This document shows, piece after piece, positions 11,508 to 24,697 of a DNA stretch of 64,000 nt. A program made the translations under genes and the position numbers. Origin of the DNA: Eledone cirrhosa (Eukaryota); assembly GCA_964016885.1 (NCBI GenBank), contig OZ024741.1, positions 70,556,001 to 70,620,000 of the forward strand, in the 5' to 3' direction. Under the pieces are notes generated by a model. It did no database searches and was not told where the DNA came from. It saw nothing but the letters and a program-made list of their open reading frames with translations. The first letter of the stretch is position 1, and every line of letters starts with the position of its first letter.

Positions 11508-11512
<5 letters not shown>
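11429..11512. repeat. Near-perfect palindrome (about 40-bp arms) formed by two opposed copies of a repeat terminus
   Basis: aaaagtatgacc.cgacggcagagctcaagccgt-cgaa-acggtttgagctctgccgtc.gggtcatactttt; the same half-unit occurs at 5971-6012. Confidence 0.8.
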
Positions 11513-11554
<42 letters not shown>

Positions 11555-11638
11555 TCACACACACATACGATTATGATGTTATGAATATTCAACTTAAGGA
11601 AATTAAAGAGTAGATATATGAAACACCTCAACCACAAA

Positions 11639-11873
11639 TGTGAAGCAGAAATGGTTCAAAACAAAAACGAACAATCGATGTCTTCTTCCTTAACTGGCCT
11701 ACGTGCGTGAAATACACATGCTTGAAATCGTTATAGTAGCCAATCTGCTTGAAGTATTTCCAATCTATTATTTATCTATAATGATTTCAGGCATGCGTAT
11801 TTCGGACACGTTGGCCAGTTAAGGAAAAATATATCAATCTTTCGTTTCTGTTTTGAACTGTTTCTGCTTCACA
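11639..11873. repeat. Fold-back element / MITE: about 97-bp imperfect inverted arms, about 40-bp spacer
   Basis: tgtgaagcagaaa...gaaatcgttatag pairs with ctataatgatttc...tttctgcttcaca. Confidence 0.75.
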
Positions 11874-13958
11874 CTTGAAAAGGTAATAGCCCTGAAATAT
11901 GTTAAAATATACCGGATAAAACATTACTTTGATTTGTTTTATTTGTCATCCTTTGCCTTTATATATTTCTACTGCATTGTACCAGCTTTTTAAAACTTAG
12001 TCGTTTATTACATATTTCACAATGCTTTGTATTAACTATACTACTTTAGCTCCATTTTAAAGTATTTTACACTGAATCATTATAAGGTGTTAAGAGTTAA
12101 AATATATACCAGCTTGTGAATGTCAACGCATTTACACAATAGTCCAAGGTTGACAGGCTGAAGTTTGATAAGTGGGTACATTCGAGGTACGTTAAAGCAT
12201 ACATTCTAACCACAGACATGCTGTTATCCCATCTCTGTGTCTTTTCTAGCGCTACCACTGTGGCCTCTGCTCCACAGAGGTAGCTTGTCTCGTGTCACCG
12301 CCACCCAGACTCATACGTTTCTCCTCCTTTTGTGTACGTCAGTGGCATAGCAAGGGCTCTCAGAGCCCGGCGGACAAAAGCACTTTTGGCAGCGCCACTT
12401 TAACATGCATGATTGATAAAAAATAAATATTGTGCTCATTCATAGCTGAGAACAGGGAAGAAATCCACCTCCCACCGCACTTCTCTTGCCTCGCCTCTCT
12501 CCTACGTGCGTGAGAGTCTGTATGTATCAGTTTATCTTTTATACAAGGGAAAAAAATAGAAAAAGGAATGGCCACATTTCAAACAATATAAAATGTAAAT
12601 ATTTTCTTCTTGAGAATAGCCAAGCACTAACGAAGAGAAGTTACAAAGCAGCTCAACAACCTGATAGTTTGTTGAAGGTTTCTTTAATTAAAAGAATTCA
12701 AAGCGTTTTTCTTTTTCGTACACTTACTTATAAAGAAAACATACCTTGTTGAATAAATGAATGATTAAATATATCGTTAACAAAAGAAGGTTGAATGAGA
12801 GGAGTGGTTATCATTATGGTAAGATTTAGTCTTAGAGGATGATCATGGATCCTCCGTCGGTTTTGAAGCATTCAGTTGTCCACTCGATTGAATACTCAAC
12901 ACACGAATTAATTTGCAAGTAGTTGTGTATTTTACAGACACGTGTACTCTTAGCACAACTCACAAATCAATATCAATATGATACATTATCTGACAAGGCT
13001 AGACATTTGAATTACGGATGCAGTATATCTGATCGGCTTCCACGCCATTTCAGTCTACCATAGCCTCGGATCTACCCAAGTGGATATTGTAAGTGAAATT
13101 ATGTAAAGACATTTTCCTAAGATGCCCATGCAATGAGATGAAACCCGGGACCACATCCTCATGATTAACAAGTGAACCTCTTAACCACTTAGCCATTGTA
13201 CGTCTGTCGATCTAAACTTTATGATAGTCATCTGTGATAGTCATATCTAAAGTGAATTGAAAGTATTAAAACAATATTAGTCATTGACGAATGGCTATTT
13301 TCTCATCGTATATTAATTTTCAGTGAGTTTTGTTGTTGGTTCTTTGCATTACGTAACTATCGTGGTTCATATATGCAAGCATAGCTGAGTGGTTCAGAAG
13401 TTTACTTCACAATAATGAGGGGCTCCAATTCGATCCAATTATGTGGCATGTTGGACAAATGTCTTTACCATAGCCTCGGGTTGACCCAAACCTTGTGAGC
13501 GAAATGGAATGTATGGCCAATTGCTTGTCCTCCACAAGCATCCTGCTCAAGTTTGTGTCCAGACAAATCTGTGCTCAACCGTGGCCGAAGGAAGATTATA
13601 TTTTACTTTATAATTTACCCTGGAGTCTGTGTGAGGAAATAGATACTGAAAATTAAAACAAAATTAAAACAAAAAATATATACGGTAATAAGTAACTATG
13701 AGCTTGAAACAAAGTAATAATTGTTTTTACTTTTGGCACAAGCTCACAATTCGAAAGAAAAGGGAGAGTGGATTAAATCGGTCCCAGTGCGTTACAGCTA
13801 CTTTATTTTATTGACCCCGTAAGGATGAAGAGCAAAGTTGATCTTGGTAGGATTTGAACTCAGACCGTAATAGGACATAACTATATGCCGCAAAACATGT
13901 TGTCTGATACTCTGCCGACACTGCTAATCCACCGTCTCTTTAAAAAATAATTATAATA

Positions 13959-14171
13959 ATGGTTTCTGATTTAGATACAAGGTCAGCAATTTTGGGGGGA
14001 GGGGAAGTCGATTAAATCGACCCAGTACGTAACTGGTACTTTTTTATCGACTCCGTAAACACGAAAGGCAAAACTAAGCTCGACGGTATTCGAACTCAGA
14101 ACGTAAAGGGACGTAACTATATGCCGCCAAGAATGTTGTCCGACGCTCCACCAACACTGTCAATCCACCGC
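13959..14171 (-). mobile_element. tRNA-derived Nin-like SINE (second copy in tandem at about 13720-13935)
   Basis: Reverse complement of the 2887 family. Confidence 0.75.
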
Positions 14172-14396
14172 CCTACTTGAAATAATGTAATATATAATTA
14201 TTAATTTATATATATATCGTGTTTTCGTCATTAAGCAATAATTAAGTCACCTTCTCCAATAAAGTGGAATATCAACATGATAGAATCATAAGTGCCAATG
14301 TGTTGTATAGGAAGTAATTACCTAAGTAAAAGTGGCAATCAAAAAACAAATTTTCCCATATGACATGTAAACTACAAATTGTAGGCGGCATGATAT

Positions 14397-14738
14397 GTAT
14401 AGGTGTATACATGTCATTATATGTAGCGTTACATAAGCTTATGTGGATGTGTGTGTTGTTGTATAGGCGTATACATGTCAGTATATGTAGCGTTACATAA
14501 GCTTATGTGGATGTGTGTGTTGTTGTATAGGCGTATACATGTCATTATATGTAGCGTTACATAAGCTTATGTGGATGTGTGTGTTGTTGTATAGGCGTAT
14601 ACATGTCATTATATGTAGCGTTACATAAGCTTATGTGGATGTGTGTGTTGTTGTATAGGCGTATACATGTCATTATATGTAGCGTTACATAAGCTTATGT
14701 GGATGTGTGTGTTGTTGTATAGGCGTATATGTCAGTAT
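14397..14738. repeat. 64-bp minisatellite, about 5.3 near-identical copies
   Basis: Unit starts at 14397, 14461, 14525, 14589, 14653, 14717; each unit contains the palindrome acataagcttatgt. Confidence 0.92.
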
Positions 14739-15980
14739 ATATTGTATTAATTTCATGTTTGGTACTTATTTTATCGATTTCATTTTGTCGAAGCGCTAAG
14801 TTACGAACTTAAAGATAGGCACAGACGCGGATACGCAGGCACACAATATATTTTAGATGGAAACGACTTCTACTGGATTGACAATATTTCGACCGAATTA
14901 GATAGTCTTTCAAAAGCTACTTCCATCTGAAATAAATTATGTACCCTCTTTATCATGTACCTTATTTAACTGTGGTCTCTTTATATATACTGTATATATA
15001 TATATAATGTGTGTGTGTAGATTCCCGAGTTGTGTCAGGTGGTAACTACATATATATATAGTGTGTATATATTATGTATTGTGGTGGTGGGGGTAGAGGC
15101 TTCACAATTTCCGCTTACTAAATGTCATTCATAAAATGTGGTCAATCCATGTCTAGAGTAGAAGACACTTGCTTAAAGTACCCCGCAATGACAATGAACA
15201 CAAAGCCATATCTTGTTGTGAAGCGAACTCTTTGTTCACTCACCTATGGTTTGTCGGTATTTTCTGGCTTTTTTGCACTCTGAATTCAAATAAATCTGCC
15301 AAGGTCAACGTTGCATTTCATCATTCTGGAGTCAATAAAACATCGTACAAGTCAAGTGTACTGGGTTTGTTATGATCGATTTTGATCTTTTGTTTAAATC
15401 GCAGGCCTTGTATCAAAACAGGAAACTATTAAACAAGGGTTTTATGGCTAGTATTTCACGTGCATTTTTACCAAATGTGTCACGTGACACGCCCTTCTCT
15501 CTCTGATACGAGATGATGCTGAAAATGAAATTGGGAAATGGTTTAAAGCAAAAACCTATTCAGCACTCCTTCATATAGAAACTATAATATGCCTGCTTGA
15601 TGAATTTAGTTCTATGTTTGTATTTTCTTTGTTCGTCAAAAACTCTTATGCTGTTTTTAATATTTCATGAAAGTTCAAAAGTAAGGCTTCCAACGTTTTA
15701 GAGCATCGAACAAAAAGTTTTCTGATATTTGTTCCGGCTCCTTATGTTCTGAGTTTAAATCTCGCTGAAATTGACTTTGCCTTTTATCCTACCTGGGTAA
15801 AAATAATAATTAACCGTCCAGTACTGAGGTCGATTCAATCCACTAATAGCCTCCCCAAAATATCTGGTCTCGTGCTTATTTTAGAAAGAACATTTTTGTT
15901 TTAATTTGATAGAAAGCTATATTTATCTGTAAGAAAGTTCATACTCATTTTGTAAATAGTCAGGACACATAACTTTCAAG

Positions 15981-16028
<48 letters not shown>

Positions 16029-16353
16029 GTCTATGGCCGGTCCCAGGATTGCTGGCGCCTTGGACAAGCAGAATTTTGGCCCCCTTGCATGTATGTTTTT
16101 GTTTTTAAATTTTCGCGGAAGATTACAAATGTAAGTAATAAGTGTTTATTACGATGTATATAAGCTAAATGGAGAACAGTTCAAACGCAACATCAAAGTT
16201 TCAAATCTTTTCATTTATATAACAAAAGAAACAGTGGAGAGAGCATATCTACATTACTAGCAATGGTCTCGACACATTTTTGTTACAAACAACTTACCCC
16301 AGCTTTCTGAGTGATGGATGGGTGGGTGAGAGAAAGTCCGAAGCGTGACGTTG

Positions 16354-16556
16354 CAGACCTGTCAACTCTCCCCGTCCGACGGGAAAAATCTCCCACCCAC
16401 TTTGGGGTAGGCGAGAGATGTCTTCTCTTGTGAAAATGGGTATAGCTTTCATTATGTAAAATCTCTCCATTTTTCCCCCTTTCTTCCCATTTTTCAACAC
16501 TTATCTTCCCTGTTCATGGTGCTCAGTGTTTGGGTTTTTAGAGGTTGGCAGGTCTG
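16354..16556. mobile_element. MITE with about 13-bp TIRs
   Basis: cagacctgtcaac / gttggcaggtctg; flanks acgttg / ccgttg. Confidence 0.55.
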
Positions 16557-18747
16557 CCGTTGGCCCACTATAGCTGTAACGAATTTCAAAGAATTTTCGC
16601 ATTTCTTTAATTTGATTTTTTAAAATCATTTTCGTATCTTTTTAATTTTGTATTTGGAAGTTCCCAAATACAAGCCACCTCTAATACGTGACATTCCAAG
16701 AGACTGTCGAGCCTGTGGGCGTTGTAGTGTGTTTATACTAAGAACTTACTAAGTGCTTGTTAATCTTTTCACTAATACTTTTTTTTCTTCAAAATCTCAA
16801 TATATTGACAATGGCGACATTAAGCAGCTTTACAATTGATACAGTATATATGTGACCATACTACCATTTACAATAATCACATATAAATTATACAAGAATT
16901 ATCTTAGCTATATATATATATATTTGAATATATGTATGAAACTGTAACTCCTGATGAGATCATGGCGGCATTTTAAACCTGGCAGAGTCCATCCATTCCC
17001 CAGGTCTGAACACAGCTGATTTCTTCCAAAGAAGGAGAGAGAGGAAGAATCGACTCCCAGTATTGGACTAATTTTTTATTGACCTCAAAAGGATGAAAGG
17101 TAAAATTGATCTCAATGGGATTTAAACTTAGAGCTGGAATGAATGCAGCAAATAATTCTATCCGACGTTCTAACGTGTCTGCCAATTAGCCATTTAATAT
17201 TACTAGATCTTATTTTCTGGGGAAAACCTGATATTTGTCATCAAAAGTCTCAAGAGAGATTCTGTCTCTTTAGCCAGTCTGTTAAGAGTTGGAGATTCTT
17301 GGTTCATATGGATAACTTCAGCAATTTGTCAACTATTTATATATCTTATCTTTTATATGTTAACTACGTTCTATGTTAGATGTTATCTTTCTAATTTGGG
17401 TGTTGTCAGCAATGATTCTGTGTAGGTATAGCTGTGTTGTTCAGAATTTCTCACTCATATGGTTTTTAAGTCATACCCACTGCATGGCAGCTTAGGCAAG
17501 TATCTTCTGCTTAGCCTTGGATTATTTAGTATCGTGTGGGTGCAATTCAAGTTGGCAGAAACTATTGTCTTTGTACTAAAATAGATTGCAGATAACCTCT
17601 CTCTAACTTTAAACCACTGTCAGTTGTGGGTTGCCTCATAGATGAGGCCATGTCTGTATGATACGTTATTTGAGCAACTAAACGAAAAAGTAGAATAATA
17701 ATGGGGGATAGCTTATGTTGAAATACCTTCTTAATACTCAAAATCCTTTATTGTCCACAAAAATTTCCAATCACCCAACCTTTTTCTGTTCAGCTGTTCA
17801 TTGCTCACTCGTGGTCGATATCACCCAGGTTGGGAAACTCTGATTTAGAGAAAGTGAGCCTTGTCTGCACCACCCCTACACCCACCCAGGTTTCTTTTCT
17901 GGTTGGCTACATATGGCTTTTCTGCTTCACTTATGCCATAAATACTGTGTTAATAGCTCTCTCCCATCTTCCACGAAATTAATAGGAATTGTACCCAATT
18001 GGTGGTAATAAATGATCAAGCAGTTTAATGTACTGTTCCTCTGGGAATAAATATTTATACTTACATATACATGCATGCACACTCACAGAAACAAACACAT
18101 GTATATGTATATAAGTTAGGTTGCTCTTAAGTGTTACTAGTAACATGGAACTCAATACAACCTTTTGCATGGTCAGAATGAGACTAAACTAGCAACACTA
18201 TTCAGCTGGCTTTTCAACACCTGCACGATGAAAAACAAACCTGACAAAAGGTGGAGGAATGCAAGAGTCAGAAGCCATCTGATAGTGTGTGTATGTATGT
18301 GTGTGTATATATATATAATGTATATGTATGTGTGTGTTGATTTCTCATTGGATGGGGACATGCAGGGGTCTGTTCTGATAGTGGGCCGTCCACAATTACT
18401 TCTGGTCAGTGTCATAACAGGTTGAGGGTTCTTCTGACCATACACCAGGAGGAATCAACAAAGTTTTGCCACCAGGTGAGCTGGGTGAAGACCAAGCTGA
18501 TGAATGTCGGCGATAGTCCAGATCTTCCCCTGATTCATATTGGCCCTGTTGCCATGGTGTTTGTCAGCTCCTTCATTTTGATCCTTTCTGGGGTTGATAA
18601 AATAAAGTACCAGTCAAGTACTGGAGTTGATATAATCGATTCTGCACCCACCCACCCCGAATTGCTGGCCTTGTATCTAAATTAGAAACTATTATATGTA
18701 TCAAAGTGAATATATCTGAATTAATATTTTCTTTGTCATTTATTCAG

Positions 18748-18984
18748 GAATTTCAAGTTTCTTACATATGGATAAAGATGGCCAATTCACCACGACCTGC
18801 AGTATGGATTCTGGAAAGATCTACAGATTTTGGCAAAACATGGGCTCCATGGCAATATTTCACTGGAAGTAACAGCGAATGTCGAGAATATTTCAGATTG
18901 TCTGCCACTGACTCAGCAAACCGAGATAATGAAGCTATATGCACTACAAAGTTCTCTGATGTCGTTCCTCTGGAAAATGGAGAG
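18748..18984 (+). CDS. LanA: Laminin alpha exon (LN domain): [17 protein letters not shown]...DVVPLENGE
   Basis: ttattcag|GAA ... GAG|gtaaat; 237 nt, phase 0/0. Confidence 0.95.
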
Positions 18985-21900
18985 GTAAATATATTTACTA
19001 CACTAAATTATGGAAACTGATACTGCTTTAAATTGATATTTTTCTTTAACTGTATTTTAAGAGGGTGGGGGTGGGGGGTTTCCTTAATTGAAGACAAAGG
19101 GAGATAACACCATAAAATAAAACTAGATACTTATATAGTACTAGGATTCTTTTTCAACATGCTGACACGTATGTGTATATGTGTGTTGGTATGTGCATAT
19201 GCATACATTTATATATACAAGTATATAAATATACACGTGCAAACACTGACACACTTACAAAAATACGCACTCACAGACATACATTCACACAAATACACAT
19301 ACATTCACACAAACACACACACACGGCGTAGCAAATGAAACGCCAACTGCTGTTTTGCTATAGTTTTTTCACCATCTCCTTCCTTTTATACACACATACA
19401 TCCACACACACACACACACACACATTGTGTGATGGACAGATGGCTGAACAAAAGTAATTCAAATTTATATATAGATGAACCCATATACAATATATTTATG
19501 CACAATAAACATATATTTAGCCTCAGGAATATTTAAAACTGTGATCATGTCACAGCTATCTCAGCATCAGAGTAAGAGTGGTGGATATAATTCTCAGTTG
19601 TTACAGTTCATCAACACTCACTTATGCCTAGATACAAAGGTATGAAAGCTCCTTATACATTCTGTGTTCAAATCCTGTCATAGTCATCTTTGTCTTTCAT
19701 CTTTCAAGGATCAATAAGATAAAGTACTGCTGAAGTACTGGGGTTGATTTAATCAACTCTACATTTCCCCAAAATTTGCTCTCTTTTTTTCCCTATATTA
19801 GAAGTCAATATTTGTACTTTCAAAGGTGGTGGGTCAGTAGAATTAGTAGATTGCTAGACAAAAATGCCTTGTGTTATTTATTTTCATCCATTTATGTACT
19901 GAGTTCAAATCCTACAGAGGTTTAACTTTATCTTCCATCCTTCCAATGTCAATAAAATAAGTATCAGTTAAGTATTAGCATCAATATAATCAAATTAAAG
20001 CTCTCCTTCCGAATTTGTCTCCTGTACCAATTTTATCAATATTATTTTTATATTTTCAGATTATTGTCTCTTTAGTTGATGACCGACCAAGTTCTCTAAA
20101 TTTCTCAACCTCACATGAACTGCAAGATTGGACAAGAGCAACAAATGTTAGACTTCGGTTTTTACATACCAACACATTACTGGGTCACTTGATGGCTGTC
20201 AAAAGACAAGATGTTACTGTAACAAGAAGAGTGAGTCAAAGAATTTGTATACTAACTATAAACCTTTTAAAAAGTTATTTCAAGGTCAATAAAAAAGTAT
20301 AAGTCCAAGGCAGTAGATAAGTAGAATTACCGGAACCTTGCTGCATCTGTTCCAGTTCTTTGCATTCTGAGTTCAAAATCTACTTAGGTGTTGATTGCCA
20401 GGGCTATCCTTTAGATACCAAACCATCTGAAGCCACTCATCGATCTATGAGGCAAAACTGTTTATTTTTAAGTAACTTTCCATCATAATTTTATGTAAGA
20501 ACTTTTGTGCTCCAAATGAGAAAGTTAGTTTATATTATTAAATTCCTCCAAATTTTCAAAATGATTTGAAAATTAAAGGCCGTAGTGTTTTTCATTAGAA
20601 ATATAGTAATTGGAGGCTCCTTGTACTAAATATGTTTATCTGAAATTTATAGTATATCTATAAAGTCTTTTCTCTCTTTCCTTTCGAATAGTACTTTTAT
20701 AGTATCCGAGACATCTCTATTGGTGGGCGATGTGTGTGCAATGGTCATGCAGGGCGCTGCGATACAAAAGACCCTCAAAACCCTGACATTCACTACTGTA
20801 AATGTGAGCACAACACTTGTGGTCGACAATGTGAAAAATGCTGTCCTGGCTTTGAACAAAAGAGATGGAGACCTTTAAAATCAAATGAAGTTTTCATGTG
20901 TGAACGTAAGTAAGGAAAACTTTTTGTATAATATGTATAATATGTTCTTACATTTGTGTGCATTATGCATATAGGATTGTTTACATACATGTAATTGTCT
21001 GTACTCGTGTATGTATCTCTATCTCTCTCTTATATAAACAGTTGCTTAACTTGCTAGAAACCTCACTCAAATCACACCTTGCTATCTTCACAGATTGAAG
21101 AGTACACTTGATAATGTAGTCCTTGATTCACTATGTCTGAATATACTTCAGGGTGGTAATAGCTGAAATATCTTTTATCATAGGTGTGGGTTGATTGGGG
21201 TTGAACTAGAGCTAAACAACAACAAAAAAAAGTGCTTTAAATATAATTTGAAAGGTTGCAAATTAGCAAAGGTTTGCTTTGTGATATTTGTTCCAACTCT
21301 TTGTGCTCTAATTTCAAATCCCATCCAGGTCATCATTGTCTTTCATCCTTCCAGAGTCGATAAATAATGTACCAGTCCAGGGGCTGTCTATAGGTAGAGT
21401 TGCTAAAGTATGTTGCTGTGAAGTGTCTGTTTTGGTTTTGTGTGTTCTTGTGTACACATCTTACTTCCTGTCAATGGAAGAGCAGTGATGCTTTTGACAG
21501 ATAGTCTCAACAATGAGAAAGACCAATGGAACCGACCAATGGAAACATAGTTTCCTGTGTTTGATCTAGAGTATCAGCTCTTTTGCTCCTTTCAATTATT
21601 TTAATGTTTAACCTTTGTACAACTTATTTTACTTTTCCAGCCTGCAACTGTCACAAACACAGCAGCAGGTGTCGTTATGATGCAGAAGCTGACAGGAAAC
21701 GTCTTTCACTTGACATACATGGAAAATATTCTGGTGGAGGTGTTTGTCGAGATTGCCAGGTAAATAGTCATATTTTCTCTGTTGTAAAATTCTTTAATGT
21801 TCACTGCCTGAACCCCCAACCCCAACTAGTTCTGTGATCTAAAATTTGTTTGTTTTAAAGTGTTTCATGATCATTCAACATCTATCTTCCCTGCAAGCAA

Positions 21901-24660
21901 GGGATGGATGGTTCTTCACAAACTGAATCAGTACTCTAGTATAGCTACTGATTTTTCAGATGGGCTTGGGTGGGGTGGGGTGGCTATAGCTTGCTTACAT
22001 ATTTCCCATGCTCTACTGAATGTATTTTATCATGGCACCAGCACTAGGAAGGTTACCATGTCTTTGACTCAACTGACGAATCCTCCCAACCCTCCAAATC
22101 CTCCAAACTTTGTTTGGAAAGTTTTCTACAATTGGATGCCCTTCCTATCACCAACCACTTTAAAGAGTGTACTGAAATCATTTATCATTCAGATTACTAA
22201 CACTATAAAAACCTTCCATCATAATCTTATGTAAGAACCTTTGTCCAGTTATCTTCCAAACATGAGTATGATGACTGAATCCAGTAGAAAAGTAGGAAAG
22301 ATTTGTCAATAATATGTACTTAGAAGCTGGTCAAAATTGGTAAATAAGCAGAAAGAAGGAAAAACTACACCTCAAGATAGAGGTAAGACTGTCTGTAGGC
22401 ATAGTCATATGGTTAAGAAGTTTGCTTTACAACCATGTGGTTCTGAGTTTGATTTACCAATACTTTGTGAGTGGATTTCAGTCGAAGGAAACTAAATGTG
22501 TGTATGTTTATGTTTACCGATGTAAACAGGTGTGTCAGTGTAACCCAGGGATTCAATAAATGTAGATCACTAAAATAAAATACTGAATTGAAATAGATAC
22601 TGGAGTTGATGTGATCAATTAAACTCTTGCCAAGTGTCCCAGTATAGTTACAGTCCAATAAGTTTTTTTAAAAAAATGATAAAAATTATGGCACAAAAAT
22701 TATGTCCATAGGAAAATTAAATAAGTTAGTATTAATATATTTAATGCATGGGATTTTCATATCACTTCCTACCTTTGCCCAGGCAGTCATCCATAGGCAA
22801 AAGTAAGAAGGGATATAAAATTTCCTCTGGCCTATTATGCCTGTTAAGTTGTGTGTGCCAAAAGTGTCTTTGCTCCTCGATTATCGAGAGCTGTTATTGC
22901 CATTAGATGCACCCACAAATTAATTTGTTTTAATCTTTTGGATTTTTCAAAGTTATCTCTTTTGATACAAAACTACCTGAAACTGCCCCTGATTCTATGG
23001 TATAAAGTTGTTTATTTTAAAGTATTTATATTTATCTAAAAACCTTCCAGCATAATTTTATGTAAGAACCTTTAACCCTTTAGCATTTAAACCAGCCATA
23101 TCTGGCCTGAATTCTCTCACCTCTTTCACTTCAAATCGGCTGTAACTGGCCGCTCATACTGATGTTAAGGTATTGTACTCAAAATAAATATCAAAATTTC
23201 ATAGATTCGATATTATGTGAGATAAAGCGTTTACTGTGAAAATATAATAGTATATATAGAGTAATATAAATGCTAAAGGGTTATGTTCTAAACATCTGCT
23301 TAATAATAATAAAGTAAGTTATTTTACTAAATCCCTCAGAATTGTTTTAATTATTTTCAAAATTAGGCAGTGCCTTTCATTATAAATACTAGCAGAAAAA
23401 CCACCCCTCGGGTAGTTTTTTGCTAGCATCTGTAGTGTGTATATTGATATTATACGCAAATATATATACATGTAAATATGATACATCAAATAAAATCGTA
23501 ATTGACAATATATAATACATAGAAATTGAACGAAGACTGTGTTACACTGTCTTATTTAATCAGTAACGTAATCCATGATACATTAAAAAAGACGATGTTA
23601 TATATAAACTGCATTAGGAGAAAATTAGTGACGGAAAATTAGTATGTTTATTTAAGCGATGGCCAACCGGAAGTGTTGACATTTCAGAAATGTTAAAGAA
23701 GTGAATCTTTAAATAAACAAAATATATTTAATGAACAGCCACGAAATTTAGTAGATAAATTATGTAATATTCATTCATTATTTATTCAAAGTAATCCAAC
23801 TTATTTTACAAACGGAATAAAAAAAATAAACCGTAGGCAATCCCGCAGGCCTTCCTTTATTATAGTTTAGATGGTAATGCAAGGGTTAAAATTTATTTTG
23901 TTTAAAAACATTATTTTTCAGCACAACACTGAAGGAATAAACTGTGAAAAATGTCGTCGAGGTTACTACCGTGACAGTAGAGTTACAATGACTTCTGAGC
24001 ATGCTTGTAAACGTAAGTAGATGTAATTTTAACCTTTTTGATACTAAAACCACCTGAAACAATCAGATACAAATCATTGTTACAAAATATTGATGGAAAA
24101 ATACAGTTATATTAAGTTCACGCTTGGAGGAAGTGGAGGAGGATTCAATGTTTTGGACAGAAGCTCTTCATCAGGAGTTTGGATAAGGAGAGAACTAGAT
24201 AAACATGGTATAAAATAAAAATATTAACAACAGTATTCTAATATTTCTTCTTTGTCGGTTGTTGTTTTCTGGTTAAGATGTAAACTCAAATTACTGAACT
24301 AAACATGGTTGGGGTAAATATACTTTTAAAATGTTGCTACAAGTTAAATGTGATTTTAAAAAAAAGGCTTGGTATCCCTGTCCTATACAATGCTTGCAAT
24401 GCTGGTTCCAATCAACATCTTTAAGGGCCAGTAAAGCTTGACTGTTGTAATCTCAAACTGATTATTGCTTTATATTGTTGCAGCATGTCGATGTCACAGT
24501 CAGTTCTCAACAGGAGACTGTGATCCCAACAGTGGACAATGTCTGTGTAAACGGAAATATACTGGAAGGAATTGTGACAGGTAAGATTCTTTCAAGTTGT
24601 CCTATCTTTATATATCTGCACTTGCATAACACTGCGTGCATATCAATATTGTCGAAATGA

Positions 24661-24697
<37 letters not shown>

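Noticed and set aside
11875-11910. ttgaaaa-gg...cct-gaaa hammerhead-like core
   Set aside because: No stem I pairing could be found around it
12250-12279. Possible 30-nt micro-exon (ttttctag|RYHCGLCSTE|gtagct)
   Set aside because: Weak donor and no recognisable match to the laminin LN sequence; cannot be supported without RNA data
18430-18575. 87-aa ORF at 18422 as an upstream laminin exon
   Set aside because: Looks like a degenerate LINE RT fragment (VSWVKTKLM) fused to a SINE, with no laminin motifs
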